Virus record (IMG/VR): IMGVR_UViG_3300033076_000210
Location: 1 to 64,000 of that record
Length of the DNA: 64,000 bases
Direction: 5' to 3' (one strand)
From: a virus
Lineage: Duplodnaviria; Caudoviricetes
Shown one piece after another: positions 36,398 to 46,601 of this stretch. Numbering within the stretch: position 1 is the stretch's first letter; each line of letters opens with the position of its first letter. Made by a program: the position numbers and the translations under genes. Under the pieces are notes generated by a model. The model searched no databases. It worked only from the letters and a program-made list of their open reading frames with translations, and was not told where the DNA came from.

Positions 36398-37159
36398 TCA
36401 TTTCCAATGTTGCAATATCACTGGGTCCTGTACTTCTGCAGGGTTGGGTTTTCCGTGAAATACTAATACCCCGGCGCCCCCGAGTTTGGTACCTATTCCA
36501 GGGTCTAGATGCTGTCTACGTTTAAAATCCCAGCCGCCGTCAAGGCATTCCCACTTCCAACTGCGTATCAGTCGTTCATCTAGAAAGAATCGTCGATCCT
36601 GTGTTATCACATCGCTTAAAAAGTCCTGATCTCCCGGATACCGTCGTTGCAATAAATTAAAGTCTTGCTCGCGAAATTGCCTCCACACATCAGCAAACTT
36701 AGTGGTATCCCACCACATCACACTACTATTGATTCCTGTGTGCTGTGGCCGCCACAATCGTTTAAAATCTCTAGGAGCCCAAAAATAGTCAGTAGTCTGA
36801 TGTGTGATCCAATCTATGTTATCAGTAATCACTACGTCTAGATCGAAATACAACAGCGGCCCTTGATAATGTTTGTGATTAAACAGTTGTAGTTTGTACC
36901 ACCAAGCCTTCCTAGGCCCAGTCACTCCAATATCTTTCAATTCATGTTTAACCATGTGTGCCGGAACTTTACGGTCCGGCTCTGTGTAGACGTGCAGTCG
37001 TATACCACGACTTAGATGCCGGCTCAACATGTTATAAAGGCGATCAACATAATCCCAAGAGTATGCAGTGCCATGAATCACGCAGGCACATTGAACTGGG
37101 CCCTGCGGTAGTTGCCCTGCTGCTTCTGCTAAGGCTTTAAGCCTATCCTTCTTACCCAT
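36398..37159 (-). CDS. GT-A glycosyltransferase (GT8-like)
   Basis: WWYKLQLF, YFDLDVVI (DxD), NSSVM, GDQDF, VFHGKPNP. Confidence 0.85.
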   Translation of the reverse strand: MGKKDRLKALAEAAGQLPQGPVQCACVIHGTAYSWDYVDRLYNMLSRHLSRGIRLHVYTEPDRKVPAHMVKHELKDIGVTGPRKAWWYKLQLFNHKHYQGPLLYFDLDVVITDNIDWITHQTTDYFWAPRDFKRLWRPQHTGINSSVMWWDTTKFADVWRQFREQDFNLLQRRYPGDQDFLSDVITQDRRFFLDERLIRSWKWECLDGGWDFKRRQHLDPGIGTKLGGAGVLVFHGKPNPAEVQDPVILQHWK

Positions 37160-37920
37160 GTTCCACTTTCAATTTCATTTAATGTATATTCTGTATGGCA
37201 AATATCTATCAACCATTGTTCTTTATCTACCACATTGTAGGCTAAACTGCTTGAGTCTACTATTACTGGAACACCTGCAATGGTTGCTTGTATTCCCGGA
37301 CCTGAATTATAATTTATCACTGCATCAAAGTTCCAGTGCATATCAAAGCTGTCGTATGTGTTAGCCAACCGTTTAGGTTGTTCCCATACAACATGTGCAG
37401 GGAAGCGGCTTTGATTTAATGAGCAGCGAGGATGGGGCCGAATTACAACCTGCTTGTCAATGTTTTCAATTTGTTTTAGGTACCAGGTTTCTTGATCTAC
37501 ACCTTCAAGTTGTAGACTGCGATTGTGTTGTCCTGCCACAAGCACACGCCCGTGATTTAATGGATTAGTCTGTAATGATATGCCTAACTTTTTGGGACGA
37601 TCAGGATCTTGATCAAGTAAATTCCCGTAATAGCCATGTGATGTAATATTGTTCAATGCAATCTTCCAGGTAACTCCACGATTCAACGCACCTACTTCAA
37701 TGCACACAACAGAACGCCCTTTACTGCGATAATAACGGTGGACGTCTTGATTTGCTGCCATTCTGCCGTTCCATAGTACAGACCAAATCACAGCAATATC
37801 AGCATCGTAACTGTTAGGTTCAATTCGAAATCCGGCATTTTCTAATGCATTCATAACCGCAGAAATAACTGGGCCCGAATTTAGAGCGCATTGCAAAGGA
37901 AAATAGGTCACGGTTGTCAT
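37129..37920 (-). CDS. KpsS/KpsC-like GT-B glycosyltransferase
   Basis: IEVG, RPHP, NSGPGIQATIAGVP; start moved to MTTVTYF. Confidence 0.7.
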   Translation of the reverse strand: MTTVTYFPLQCALNSGPVISAVMNALENAGFRIEPNSYDADIAVIWSVLWNGRMAANQDVHRYYRSKGRSVVCIEVGALNRGVTWKIALNNITSHGYYGNLLDQDPDRPKKLGISLQTNPLNHGRVLVAGQHNRSLQLEGVDQETWYLKQIENIDKQVVIRPHPRCSLNQSRFPAHVVWEQPKRLANTYDSFDMHWNFDAVINYNSGPGIQATIAGVPVIVDSSSLAYNVVDKEQWLIDICHTEYTLNEIESGTWVRRIGLKP

Positions 37921-37935
37921 TAATAAATATTCCAC

Positions 37936-38760
37936 ATGAGATACACAGTAATTACCACATTTCACCAGGCCGGGTTAGAACAATATGGCCAAAGAATGAT
38001 CGACACTTTTGAACAATTTTGGCCTGCCGAAGTTGACCTAATTGTGTTGGCAGAAAACTGCGCACCGCGGACCACAAGACCAAATACAAAGGTTGTTGAT
38101 ATATTAGCAGCAAGTCCAGATCTACGTGCGTTTGTAGAACGACACAAAAACAATCCACTTGCACACGGGCAAGCAGGGCCACCCGATGTGTTTAATCCCA
38201 AGAAACAGTTTAGGTGGGATGCTGTTCGTTTTTGCTATAAAGTATTTGCTAAGTCTGTAGCAGCTGATATGATCGAGTCTGGATGGATGATATGGATCGA
38301 CGCTGATTCAGTTACCCATACCCCAGTGACCATGCAAGCACTAAGCACAGTTTGTCCTTCAAACACTATGGTCAGCTATTTGGGTCGAGGGGAAAAATAT
38401 CATTCAGAGTGTGGCTGGGTTGCTTATAATTTAGACGCACCCGAGTGCAGACAATTTGTTCGTGATTTTGTTAACATGTATAACAACGATGCAATTTTTC
38501 AAGAGCGTGAATGGCACGATAGCTACATTTTTGATGTGCTGAGAAAACAAATTCAAAGTCGTTGCAGGTTCCATAACTTAAATCCCAGTTGGGAAGACAA
38601 GGGACTTGCAGGGCACCCGTTTATTAATTCAGAGTTAGGCAAGTATATGGATCATGTTAAAGGTGATCGCAAAGTGCAAGGGCATTCAAAGCCAAAAGAA
38701 GTTGTTCTACATCAAGACCATCCTTACTGGCAAAACGTATTAAGAAAAGGACGCAAATAA
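37936..38760 (+). CDS. GT-A glycosyltransferase-like protein
   Basis: RFCYKVFA, WIDADS (DxD), WHDSY, DHVKG; TAAATA at 37924-37929. Confidence 0.75.
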   Translation: MRYTVITTFHQAGLEQYGQRMIDTFEQFWPAEVDLIVLAENCAPRTTRPNTKVVDILAASPDLRAFVERHKNNPLAHGQAGPPDVFNPKKQFRWDAVRFCYKVFAKSVAADMIESGWMIWIDADSVTHTPVTMQALSTVCPSNTMVSYLGRGEKYHSECGWVAYNLDAPECRQFVRDFVNMYNNDAIFQEREWHDSYIFDVLRKQIQSRCRFHNLNPSWEDKGLAGHPFINSELGKYMDHVKGDRKVQGHSKPKEVVLHQDHPYWQNVLRKGRK

Positions 38761-39404
38761 TGTATCAATCACACGGATGGTGGTTCCCGGACCAAGACAC
38801 GCATTTTGCAGGAATGTTAGAAAAGAATATTAAAAAGGGCGGCGGTCCAGTTTATCAAGAACCTGTTCGTAAAGTCAGCATAGGGCTTTGTGATCGTAAA
38901 GGACTTGCACTAGATATTGGCGCAAACGTTGGGCTTTGGAGCAAGGATCTATGCGAATCCTTTGAACAAGTTATTGCGTTTGAACCTGTTGCCGACTTTA
39001 GATCTTGTTTGCTAAAGAACGTAGTCGCATCTAACTTTGAAGTTTGTGCTTGTGCATTAGGCGAAAGTGATACTCATATCAACATGATTATTACTGCCGA
39101 GAATACCGGTCACAGCCATGTCGATACTTCGAGTATTGGCGCAGGCTCTATTCCAATGTATAGATTAGATAGTTTAAACTTGCCCCAAATTGATTATATC
39201 AAGATTGATTGTGAAGGATACGAAAATACAATCCTCAGAGGTGCCAAAGAAACTATCCTAAAGTATAAACCTATCATGGTTGTGGAACACAAAAAGCACA
39301 AGGATGTAGGGCACACAGACACAGCACAAGCATTGGACACCCTGGTCAGCTGGGGTGCAAAAATCTTGACTTCGGTCAAGAACGACTATGTGTTAGGTTG
39401 GTAA
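38760..39404 (+). CDS. FkbM-family SAM methyltransferase
   Basis: DIGANVG, AFEP, IKIDCEGYE...LRGA. Confidence 0.9.
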   Translation: MYQSHGWWFPDQDTHFAGMLEKNIKKGGGPVYQEPVRKVSIGLCDRKGLALDIGANVGLWSKDLCESFEQVIAFEPVADFRSCLLKNVVASNFEVCACALGESDTHINMIITAENTGHSHVDTSSIGAGSIPMYRLDSLNLPQIDYIKIDCEGYENTILRGAKETILKYKPIMVVEHKKHKDVGHTDTAQALDTLVSWGAKILTSVKNDYVLGW

Positions 39405-40280
39405 AAACGGTTTAAACTTTTTATAGATTAACCCAGCTCTACTCTCATTATCTGTCCAGTGAGCTGCTGATAAGTCCCAAATCCATTGATCTCTTACCGG
39501 GGTCAATGGATTTTCAATTTGTGTTAAGTCTGTGTTAGCAACTTGCCAGGCCACACAATCAGGATCTGTTGCAAATACAGGTACACCCGCAAGTATAGAT
39601 GCAACACAGCTCGAGCTATTAAAAAATACACTAGCCCAGGCGTTTTGTAAATCTTGCTGTAGAGTAGACCCTTGACTAAATCGCACATTTGGGATTGAAT
39701 CAAATAGGTTTGTCTGCATAGGGTTTTTTGGATGCGGTCTAACAATAACAGGCCTATTGGTTATTTTTCTAATTTTTTGTACGGTATCTAATGCCCACTG
39801 GTTCATATTGACACCTTTCATGGACCAGCCCCCGTCACGTTGTCCACATACTAAAATATGATTACCGTTGTTACGCCAAGGCAGCAACTCAAGATTTAAC
39901 TGTTGCTTTATTTGATTCCATTTCTCGGGCCCGCTGTTTTTGTTAGCATACTCGTCAGTATTATAGTATACACCATCCAAACTATAACGTAGGAAAATAC
40001 TTGTAGGGTCTGCAAATTTAAAACAACTGCCGTCAATGCTCATTACTTTTTGACTAGCAATTACATCCTTGCGAAGTTGTATGTGCGGTCCTTTGATGCT
40101 TTGGCCCACCCATCCCAAAATAACACCAAGCCGAGCAGGAACAACTTGTGTTCTAGTTTGCAATGTTGTATTCAGGCCAAGTGTAGTAGCACCTTGGGCA
40201 AATGCTGTTAATACTTCGACTTTTCTATCTCGATCTGCAATTCTCGGAAGACTGCTGAGATACACTGCTACATCATACAT
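39393..40280 (-). CDS. KpsS/KpsC-like GT-B glycosyltransferase
   Basis: RPHP, NSSSCVASILAGVP. Confidence 0.7.
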   Translation of the reverse strand: MYDVAVYLSSLPRIADRDRKVEVLTAFAQGATTLGLNTTLQTRTQVVPARLGVILGWVGQSIKGPHIQLRKDVIASQKVMSIDGSCFKFADPTSIFLRYSLDGVYYNTDEYANKNSGPEKWNQIKQQLNLELLPWRNNGNHILVCGQRDGGWSMKGVNMNQWALDTVQKIRKITNRPVIVRPHPKNPMQTNLFDSIPNVRFSQGSTLQQDLQNAWASVFFNSSSCVASILAGVPVFATDPDCVAWQVANTDLTQIENPLTPVRDQWIWDLSAAHWTDNESRAGLIYKKFKPFLPT

Positions 40281-41346
40281 GATATTTCTCTATTATCTTC
40301 CAAGCTGTGCCATTTTGCATTTCTTTTTTAGTAAACTGACTGTATGTTAACGCACACAACCAATCACCAATAGGGCCACGATACAAGTTGTTTATGTCTG
40401 ATATTTGTGTTCTTGCAACCGGAGTACTGATATGGGTGTTTAATGTAATAATCGGAACTCCGGCCCAGACAGATTCAATTGCCGCAGCACTAGAGTCTGA
40501 GATTACACAATAATAATCATCTGACGACATAAGAAGATCGTATACCGAGTTTCGAGTTTTGCGATCCATATCTTTAACACGATATTCAACTGGACGGTCG
40601 GTATAATTAACCAATTCACTTGTAATTTTGTCTCGCCATGTATTTCGATCTGTGTTTAACATGCGGTAGTGAGAATCGCTGCTTTCTACTACTAATATTT
40701 TGGTCCCTTTGGTTCTCCACGGTTGCGGTGTATGTTCCAGTAGTGTTAGTCTGTCAGCTGGGAAATTTAAATGCGATAAACTTTGATGTATGTGGTTGTG
40801 ACACAATCTATGCCAAGGCTTGCCTTTTGCTGCAATAAAGTTAGTATATCCTGCGTCAGTAAACCAAAACTCGCTGCCTGCAAGTAATCTAGCCTTAATA
40901 GATTCCTCGTTGTTGATAACATTTCGAATTATAGTAGGGTCTGCAAAGTTAGTATCGTCAACAATGTATTTGACATCAGTTGATATATGTCTTGCAACAT
41001 TTTTTATAAATCCATTATGTGTAGGATCTGCATACCAAGCTAGTAATTGAGATGTGCTTATGCCAGACGACGGGTATTTGCTAGCTAACCAATTTATCAG
41101 AGATCGATATTGCTTTTTATAATCAATTACCAAACGGTCTGTATGCTGCTCAAGGCATCGACGAATTAAATTATTAACCTCTGCAAAGTTTATATCTAAT
41201 AGACAAGTCTTGTCCAACCTCTTTTGAACTTTGTCGATATACTCATCAAGCTCGCGGTAATTAATACCTTCTTTTTTGTAAGAGTGTATTAAAATTTGTT
41301 TTGCTAGAGGCTCTACTAGTTCTTCTCGATTAACTATTACTTGCAT
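40273..41346 (-). CDS. KpsS/KpsC-like GT-B glycosyltransferase with N-terminal extension
   Basis: TDAGY, SSAAAIESVWAGVP, YSQF..EM.NG; start moved to MQVIVN. Confidence 0.65.
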   Translation of the reverse strand: MQVIVNREELVEPLAKQILIHSYKKEGINYRELDEYIDKVQKRLDKTCLLDINFAEVNNLIRRCLEQHTDRLVIDYKKQYRSLINWLASKYPSSGISTSQLLAWYADPTHNGFIKNVARHISTDVKYIVDDTNFADPTIIRNVINNEESIKARLLAGSEFWFTDAGYTNFIAAKGKPWHRLCHNHIHQSLSHLNFPADRLTLLEHTPQPWRTKGTKILVVESSDSHYRMLNTDRNTWRDKITSELVNYTDRPVEYRVKDMDRKTRNSVYDLLMSSDDYYCVISDSSAAAIESVWAGVPIITLNTHISTPVARTQISDINNLYRGPIGDWLCALTYSQFTKKEMQNGTAWKIIEKYHV

Positions 41347-42121
41347 AATTTTCCTGCAACATCCTCCAGGCAATACCTTTGCGCATTTCTGCTAATGTAA
41401 ATTGATTATAACTCAGCCAACACAACAACTTTTCAACTTCCTGGTAATCAATATCGTCCAAGCAGTCAATCTTTTCAATTGGCTGGCTAAGTTGCGTTAC
41501 TGAACTAGGACCCAAACTAACCACTGGTATACCATGTTGAACTGATTCAGTTCCGCAGTTGCTAGTCCATAACACAACAGCACTAACATCATTTTGCAAC
41601 GCATCAGCAAATGTGTCTGTAAACACCCGCACTTGCCTACTAGGCGGACGATGTCTAATTTCAATCGGTCTGTCTGTGTATTGTTTTATTAATTCTACAG
41701 TGTTTTGTATCCATTGCTCCGGGGCAGGCAACTGATAACAACTACACACCTTGGGATCCGGTGGCACAATCAAAATTTTTTTACCTCGACGATATTGATT
41801 TCTGTCTATTGGTAACCGAGCTAGTCGACGATTATCCTTAGGCTGTATACTGTAGATGTTTTGATGATTGTTTTTAGTGACACGAAACCAATACTTGTCT
41901 TTGATATTTCCCAGGTACCCAGTGTCAATATACCACCAATCAAGATTGTGGGTTTGTGCCTGTGTTCTAGCAAGACTCTTGCTTATACCCGAAATGGCCA
42001 TGGGAATGGATGTGTTCGATAACACTTCTTCATCGGTGGCCATACGACCGCCAAGATATTCAACAAAAGGACCTACCCATTTTGCTTTCTTGGCGTATCC
42101 AAGCATAGGTGTATCACTCAT
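41330..42121 (-). CDS. KpsS/KpsC-like GT-B glycosyltransferase
   Basis: IDTGY, RHRP, SNCGTESVQHGIP, YNQF..EM. Confidence 0.65.
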   Translation of the reverse strand: MSDTPMLGYAKKAKWVGPFVEYLGGRMATDEEVLSNTSIPMAISGISKSLARTQAQTHNLDWWYIDTGYLGNIKDKYWFRVTKNNHQNIYSIQPKDNRRLARLPIDRNQYRRGKKILIVPPDPKVCSCYQLPAPEQWIQNTVELIKQYTDRPIEIRHRPPSRQVRVFTDTFADALQNDVSAVVLWTSNCGTESVQHGIPVVSLGPSSVTQLSQPIEKIDCLDDIDYQEVEKLLCWLSYNQFTLAEMRKGIAWRMLQENYASNS

Positions 42122-42926
42122 TAAGGATTTTCCAGGCTGTTCCGTTGCTCATTTCTTCAAATGTGAACTGACTATAACTTAGGTGTCTAAGCCATGCGTC
42201 TCGTTCGTCAATTGTTGGAATTCGCGGAGATTCAATTTCATTTAATGATTGACTGCATAACATACCAGCAGCATTAGGGCCAAGAGTAATTGCAGGCTTG
42301 CCAAGAATTAATGCTTCCACTGCTGCTACACTATTGTATGTTACTAGACAATGGATATCATCGGCTAGTGCCTCTTCGATTGTGTCGTTTTTTAATCGTT
42401 CGGTACGTGGACGTTTGTCTCTAATTACAATCGGACGATCGGTGTATTTTTTAATTTCAGCAACAGTTTCCGCGATCCACTGTTGTTGATCTATATTCCA
42501 TAGACTAAAACTTTTAGAACTAGGCGGAGCTAATAATATTTTTTTACCCGATGTGAATGGTTTTACATTTACGTGGCACGGAGCTAACCTGTCTGCAGGA
42601 CGATCAATTAATGCCCTAATGTCATGCACATGATCTTTGATAATTCTAAACCAAACTTTGCTGCGAAGATTTCCAAAATACCCGTTGTCAATATAATAGA
42701 ATGTTCTTTCTGTGCGCCAGCATTCCTGCACCATTGATTGAAATTTCATTCCTCGAATACACAATGGATTAGTAACACCGGGCTGAAAGGCCTGTTGTCC
42801 GCTGACTGATACACCGTTACAGCCATCACGAAATCTATCAATGAATGCCGATTGTCTTTCCTTAACAGGATGGTCGTGTACTTTGCGGTTTATGCATAGC
42901 ACTTGCCCTGGTACTAGGTCAGTCAT
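42114..42926 (-). CDS. KpsS/KpsC-like GT-B glycosyltransferase
   Basis: IDNGY, NSVAAVEALILGKP, YSQF..EM; start moved to MTDLVPG. Confidence 0.7.
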   Translation of the reverse strand: MTDLVPGQVLCINRKVHDHPVKERQSAFIDRFRDGCNGVSVSGQQAFQPGVTNPLCIRGMKFQSMVQECWRTERTFYYIDNGYFGNLRSKVWFRIIKDHVHDIRALIDRPADRLAPCHVNVKPFTSGKKILLAPPSSKSFSLWNIDQQQWIAETVAEIKKYTDRPIVIRDKRPRTERLKNDTIEEALADDIHCLVTYNSVAAVEALILGKPAITLGPNAAGMLCSQSLNEIESPRIPTIDERDAWLRHLSYSQFTFEEMSNGTAWKILNE

Positions 42927-43618
42927 TGAATATCTTTCCGTTGTACACAATAGTCAGCAAGCATGTGCTCTCGGTGCCATTCGTCCCCTTGCGGTGTATT
43001 AGCAAACTCGTGGAAGCACGGAGTTCCTAGAGTATAATGCAATAATTTAGCATCAGGGTTTGGCCCAAACTCATCCGGTAACCAGTTCCATTCCTTAGGC
43101 AACTCAAAGATGCGGTCATCTTCAATCCATGTAAATCTATGTAGTTCTGCGCCAGTGGATTTTTCAATAAACTCAGGTGTTAGCTTGCGATTAGGGTGAG
43201 AGTTACAATTCCATATTATAACGCTCGACCAATTTTTGCGAGGATAGTCTTCGTTTTTTGCACCAAGATACTTCTCTGTCATTCGAGTTTTGTAATTGTG
43301 CTTGACCACAGCAACGTCCCAATAGACTGTTTCATTGGTCAGATTCCATAATTTTACAATGTCATCTCGAACAATCATATCGCCATCGATAAAAATTGCT
43401 TTGCCGGTGTATTCCATTAGGTGCGGTACAAGGAATCTACTGTAGATAAAATGATTTGATCCATCGGTATGTGTTTCAGTATAGTCCTCAAACAAGTTCA
43501 ATGCTAAAGGAATAATAGCAACGGGCTTGGATGCATGTCTAATAATTGAGTTAGCGCATGTGTGGTATGCTACAGCTTCTCTTGGATCGTATCCGATAAA
43601 AATTGGGATTGGTTTCAT
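42923..43618 (-). CDS. GT-A glycosyltransferase (GT8-like)
   Basis: IFIGYDPRE, SRFLVP, FIDGDM, YPRKNWSS, HYTLGTP. Confidence 0.85.
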   Translation of the reverse strand: MKPIPIFIGYDPREAVAYHTCANSIIRHASKPVAIIPLALNLFEDYTETHTDGSNHFIYSRFLVPHLMEYTGKAIFIDGDMIVRDDIVKLWNLTNETVYWDVAVVKHNYKTRMTEKYLGAKNEDYPRKNWSSVIIWNCNSHPNRKLTPEFIEKSTGAELHRFTWIEDDRIFELPKEWNWLPDEFGPNPDAKLLHYTLGTPCFHEFANTPQGDEWHREHMLADYCVQRKDIQ

Positions 43619-44367
43619 TTGCGTTCTATATCTTCCTCAATACATTGCTTGCCGTATTGTATTTCAACTACCTTAACGGGTAAATCAAAAGGGTTAGTTA
43701 GTTGGTGCCACTCACGAATAGGCACTTTGTATTCATCGTGGGGTGTCAACGTCACTCGGGGCAACGCATATCCATTGCTCATCTGACTGTTTACAACAGC
43801 ACTACCTTCGCTAACAATCCAATATTCAGCGCGGCTTTGATGTCGTTGCATGCTTAAACTACATCCTGGATTAACTGTAAGTTCTTTGACTTTCATACCC
43901 GGGACTTCATGTAGCACACGATAGTAACCCCAATCTCGATAAGTTTTAGGCGCCTTCCAGTCTTCAAGAATCCAACTAGAGCTGTTCTTTTTATCCTCGC
44001 CGCCGACCCCAAACACAAACTCGACGTCGTCGAACACCATTTCGGGAATGTTGTCTGCTGTTCTGTCTCCGCCATTGGCAAAGATTATTTTAGCATCAGG
44101 ATACATTTGCTTCACTAATGCAATGGCATCGCAAGCAGAGTTATCTGAGTCGTTGAATAAAACGCAATCATCAACTGATTTTAAATTAGCAACTATTGCC
44201 ATACGCTCATGCACTGGCATAAAAGAACGGCCTTTTTTACGTTGCAACCAGGCATCGCTGTTAACTCCGACAATTAGTTTATCACCTAACAGTTTTGCTG
44301 CGTTAAAATAAGCAATGTGACCACTGTGTAGCGGATCAAACCCGCCTGTAACAATTACAATTTTCAT
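43615..44367 (-). CDS. cytidylyltransferase (HIGH/TagD-RfaE type) fused to mannose-6-phosphate isomerase-type cupin
   Basis: GGFDPLHSGH, ANGGDR, KNSSS; SLSMQRH..RAEYW, WHQL.N, EIQYG...EEDIER. Confidence 0.88.
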   Translation of the reverse strand: MKIVIVTGGFDPLHSGHIAYFNAAKLLGDKLIVGVNSDAWLQRKKGRSFMPVHERMAIVANLKSVDDCVLFNDSDNSACDAIALVKQMYPDAKIIFANGGDRTADNIPEMVFDDVEFVFGVGGEDKKNSSSWILEDWKAPKTYRDWGYYRVLHEVPGMKVKELTVNPGCSLSMQRHQSRAEYWIVSEGSAVVNSQMSNGYALPRVTLTPHDEYKVPIREWHQLTNPFDLPVKVVEIQYGKQCIEEDIERK

Positions 44368-44375
44368 GCCAATAT

Positions 44376-45158
44376 TTATTGGTGTATTTGATACTGTTCT
44401 ACTAAATCGGCAGGTACAGTAGTGTCAAATTCTGCTCTGTTGAATTGGCTCCAACAGATATGTTCCCACCATGCCGCACGATCAGGATACCGAGGATTGG
44501 CTAGATTCTCTATACCTCCCATTAGTAAAGTTGTCAGTGAGTTATCTACTGTGTACGCAGGCACACCTAACAAACAAGATTCAACACAGGCCATAGTACG
44601 TTCGCCTACTACAGCATAGGCCCCAGCTGCTTGTTCTTGAAATGTTTCAAATCTAGAGAATTTAGCGCCAACCTTTTTACGCCATTTAATTGGGCCGGTC
44701 CAATAAGGACTTATTGCATCTGTAATGCGCTGTCTAAACGCATCCATGTTTTCACCAGTGCGTTCAGTTAAGATCGCTTCCACTGGCTGTATAGCCAATA
44801 CATATTCTCCGGGTGTTGTTCGCCATGATTGATGAATAGGATAAGGAAATAAATGCGACCTAGTATAAGGAACTTGGCGCATGTTCATATTATGATGACC
44901 GTTGTAGGTTACCCTGCGTGTTTCTCGTCGAGGTGTGTCCGGTCCCCAATAACCGTATTCTATTTCAATGTACGGACGCCCTTCGGCTATGTATTCTGTT
45001 AAAGGACTCCACCAAGGAGCATAATGACTACTGATTAAGATATAGTCATCGGGAACTTTGGCAACAGTTGAAAATTCTTTGAGTCCTTTTTTGCGCCACG
45101 GAGTCAATGTCCATTTGGCATGTTCTCCGGGCATGTCATGTGCATAAGCGTATTTCAC
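44376..45158 (-). CDS. divergent KpsS/KpsC-like GT-B protein
   Basis: IEYGY, ACVESCLLGVP, WSQF...E; GTGA overlap start. Confidence 0.6.
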   Translation of the reverse strand: MKYAYAHDMPGEHAKWTLTPWRKKGLKEFSTVAKVPDDYILISSHYAPWWSPLTEYIAEGRPYIEIEYGYWGPDTPRRETRRVTYNGHHNMNMRQVPYTRSHLFPYPIHQSWRTTPGEYVLAIQPVEAILTERTGENMDAFRQRITDAISPYWTGPIKWRKKVGAKFSRFETFQEQAAGAYAVVGERTMACVESCLLGVPAYTVDNSLTTLLMGGIENLANPRYPDRAAWWEHICWSQFNRAEFDTTVPADLVEQYQIHQ

Positions 45159-45910
45159 TGCTGCCCATACCATGTTAAACTTTTATCTAGCCATGGTAAT
45201 ACCAATTCATCTTGTATTACATATCCGTGACGTTGTACGCTAGCTGCTGCTGTTTCTGGCAACAATCCCCGGTCTGCAAGTTGGTACCAGGTAGTGTGAA
45301 GATCTTGTGGTTCAATCTCACTGCGATACACTACTACATGCAGCCATGGATCCATAGCTGCTTTCTTAAAGAAACCACACGAGCAGTCCCACCCAGTAAC
45401 TGCTAACATGTGCATGAGATTAACAAGGCTATAATGATAGTAGCTGCCGTTGGGCTGCATAAAGGACATCCGTCGATGTTCAATATTTGTAGTTTGGGGA
45501 ACAGTTAAACATAGCATAGCTCCCGGCTCAGCAATGTTCCACCATAGTTTCAATGTGTCAAGTGGGCGCAATGCATATTGAAAACTGTCGTGGCACCATA
45601 ACACATCGTATTTTTTCTTCTTGGGCGTGAATACTTGATGCTCAAAATCATTACGCTGATACACAATGTTTGAGTATTTCCTGGCCATTGGCATGTTGTC
45701 TGCTAGATCTAGTGCAGTACAGCTGATATTCAGCGGTTCTGGATTTTCATCTCGTGTGGTTCGTGTTGCCCACCATTCAATATCCAATCCAGAGCCGCAA
45801 CCTAGATCAATTAATGTGTCAATACTAGCCATAAAATCGTCATGCTCGTATAGCCAGTTTAAAGTTTCTAAACTGTGAGCATGACTTTCTTCGGGGTTTC
45901 TAAAAAACAT
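45155..45910 (-). CDS. class I SAM-dependent methyltransferase
   Basis: IDLGCGSG; start moved to MFFRNP (TAATG overlap with uvsY). Confidence 0.8.
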   Translation of the reverse strand: MFFRNPEESHAHSLETLNWLYEHDDFMASIDTLIDLGCGSGLDIEWWATRTTRDENPEPLNISCTALDLADNMPMARKYSNIVYQRNDFEHQVFTPKKKKYDVLWCHDSFQYALRPLDTLKLWWNIAEPGAMLCLTVPQTTNIEHRRMSFMQPNGSYYHYSLVNLMHMLAVTGWDCSCGFFKKAAMDPWLHVVVYRSEIEPQDLHTTWYQLADRGLLPETAAASVQRHGYVIQDELVLPWLDKSLTWYGQQ

Positions 45911-46362
45911 TATACTGAGATATCTTCCATACCAGCTGTGCGTAATCTCACAATGTGTCCCATTTGCCACTGCTTGGTTTCGAGACCCTTGAGAATACCC
46001 AACCACTTGTTTCTCAACAATGCAACTTCGTTGATAATAGTCTCGAAGTCGACTACTTCGTCCTCGCCATCTACATACTTTTCAGCATCTCTTGACGTTA
46101 GAGCACGAGCGTAGGCTTCGAGATATTTTTGGAAATGTTTTCTACGAATCTTACGTAGTTGAATGTTAAGAAAGTTTAACACCGCTTCAATCTCTTGTAA
46201 TTGATTAAAGCGATGTTCTGTTAATCCGGGCAATTCTTTGATGTTGCGTTCGACTAATCCCCCGATACGACAGTCAGATTTAGCGGTTGTTAGTTCATTC
46301 TCGTAGTGCTGAATGAAATCAGGAATATTTCCTAAATCGGCTACTACACGGCTATACCACAT
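45910..46362 (-). CDS. uvsY: UvsY-like recombination mediator
   Basis: Helical ~150 aa, KYVDGEDE, KQWQM...LR.AG; adjacent to uvsX. Confidence 0.7.
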   Translation of the reverse strand: MWYSRVVADLGNIPDFIQHYENELTTAKSDCRIGGLVERNIKELPGLTEHRFNQLQEIEAVLNFLNIQLRKIRRKHFQKYLEAYARALTSRDAEKYVDGEDEVVDFETIINEVALLRNKWLGILKGLETKQWQMGHIVRLRTAGMEDISV

Positions 46363-46601
46363 TAGTCTTCCCAGTCAATGTCGTCCTCAGATTCCTCGTC
46401 GAACTCTTCCTGATCACTGTTGATATATGATGCGATTGCTAGTTTGATATCTTTGTCGCCTGCAAAGGCTGTTTTAATATCTTCTGGATCGCAATCATTG
46501 TCAACTAGCACACTCACAAGATTTTCTGCGGCTTCACCACGATCTACAACGTTAATATAACGTTTTAGTTCATCCCAAATTACGCTTGCCATTTGCTCCA
46601 T
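46362..46601 (-). CDS. hypothetical acidic protein
   Basis: Coupled on both sides. Confidence 0.7.
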   Translation of the reverse strand: MEQMASVIWDELKRYINVVDRGEAAENLVSVLVDNDCDPEDIKTAFAGDKDIKLAIASYINSDQEEFDEESEDDIDWED

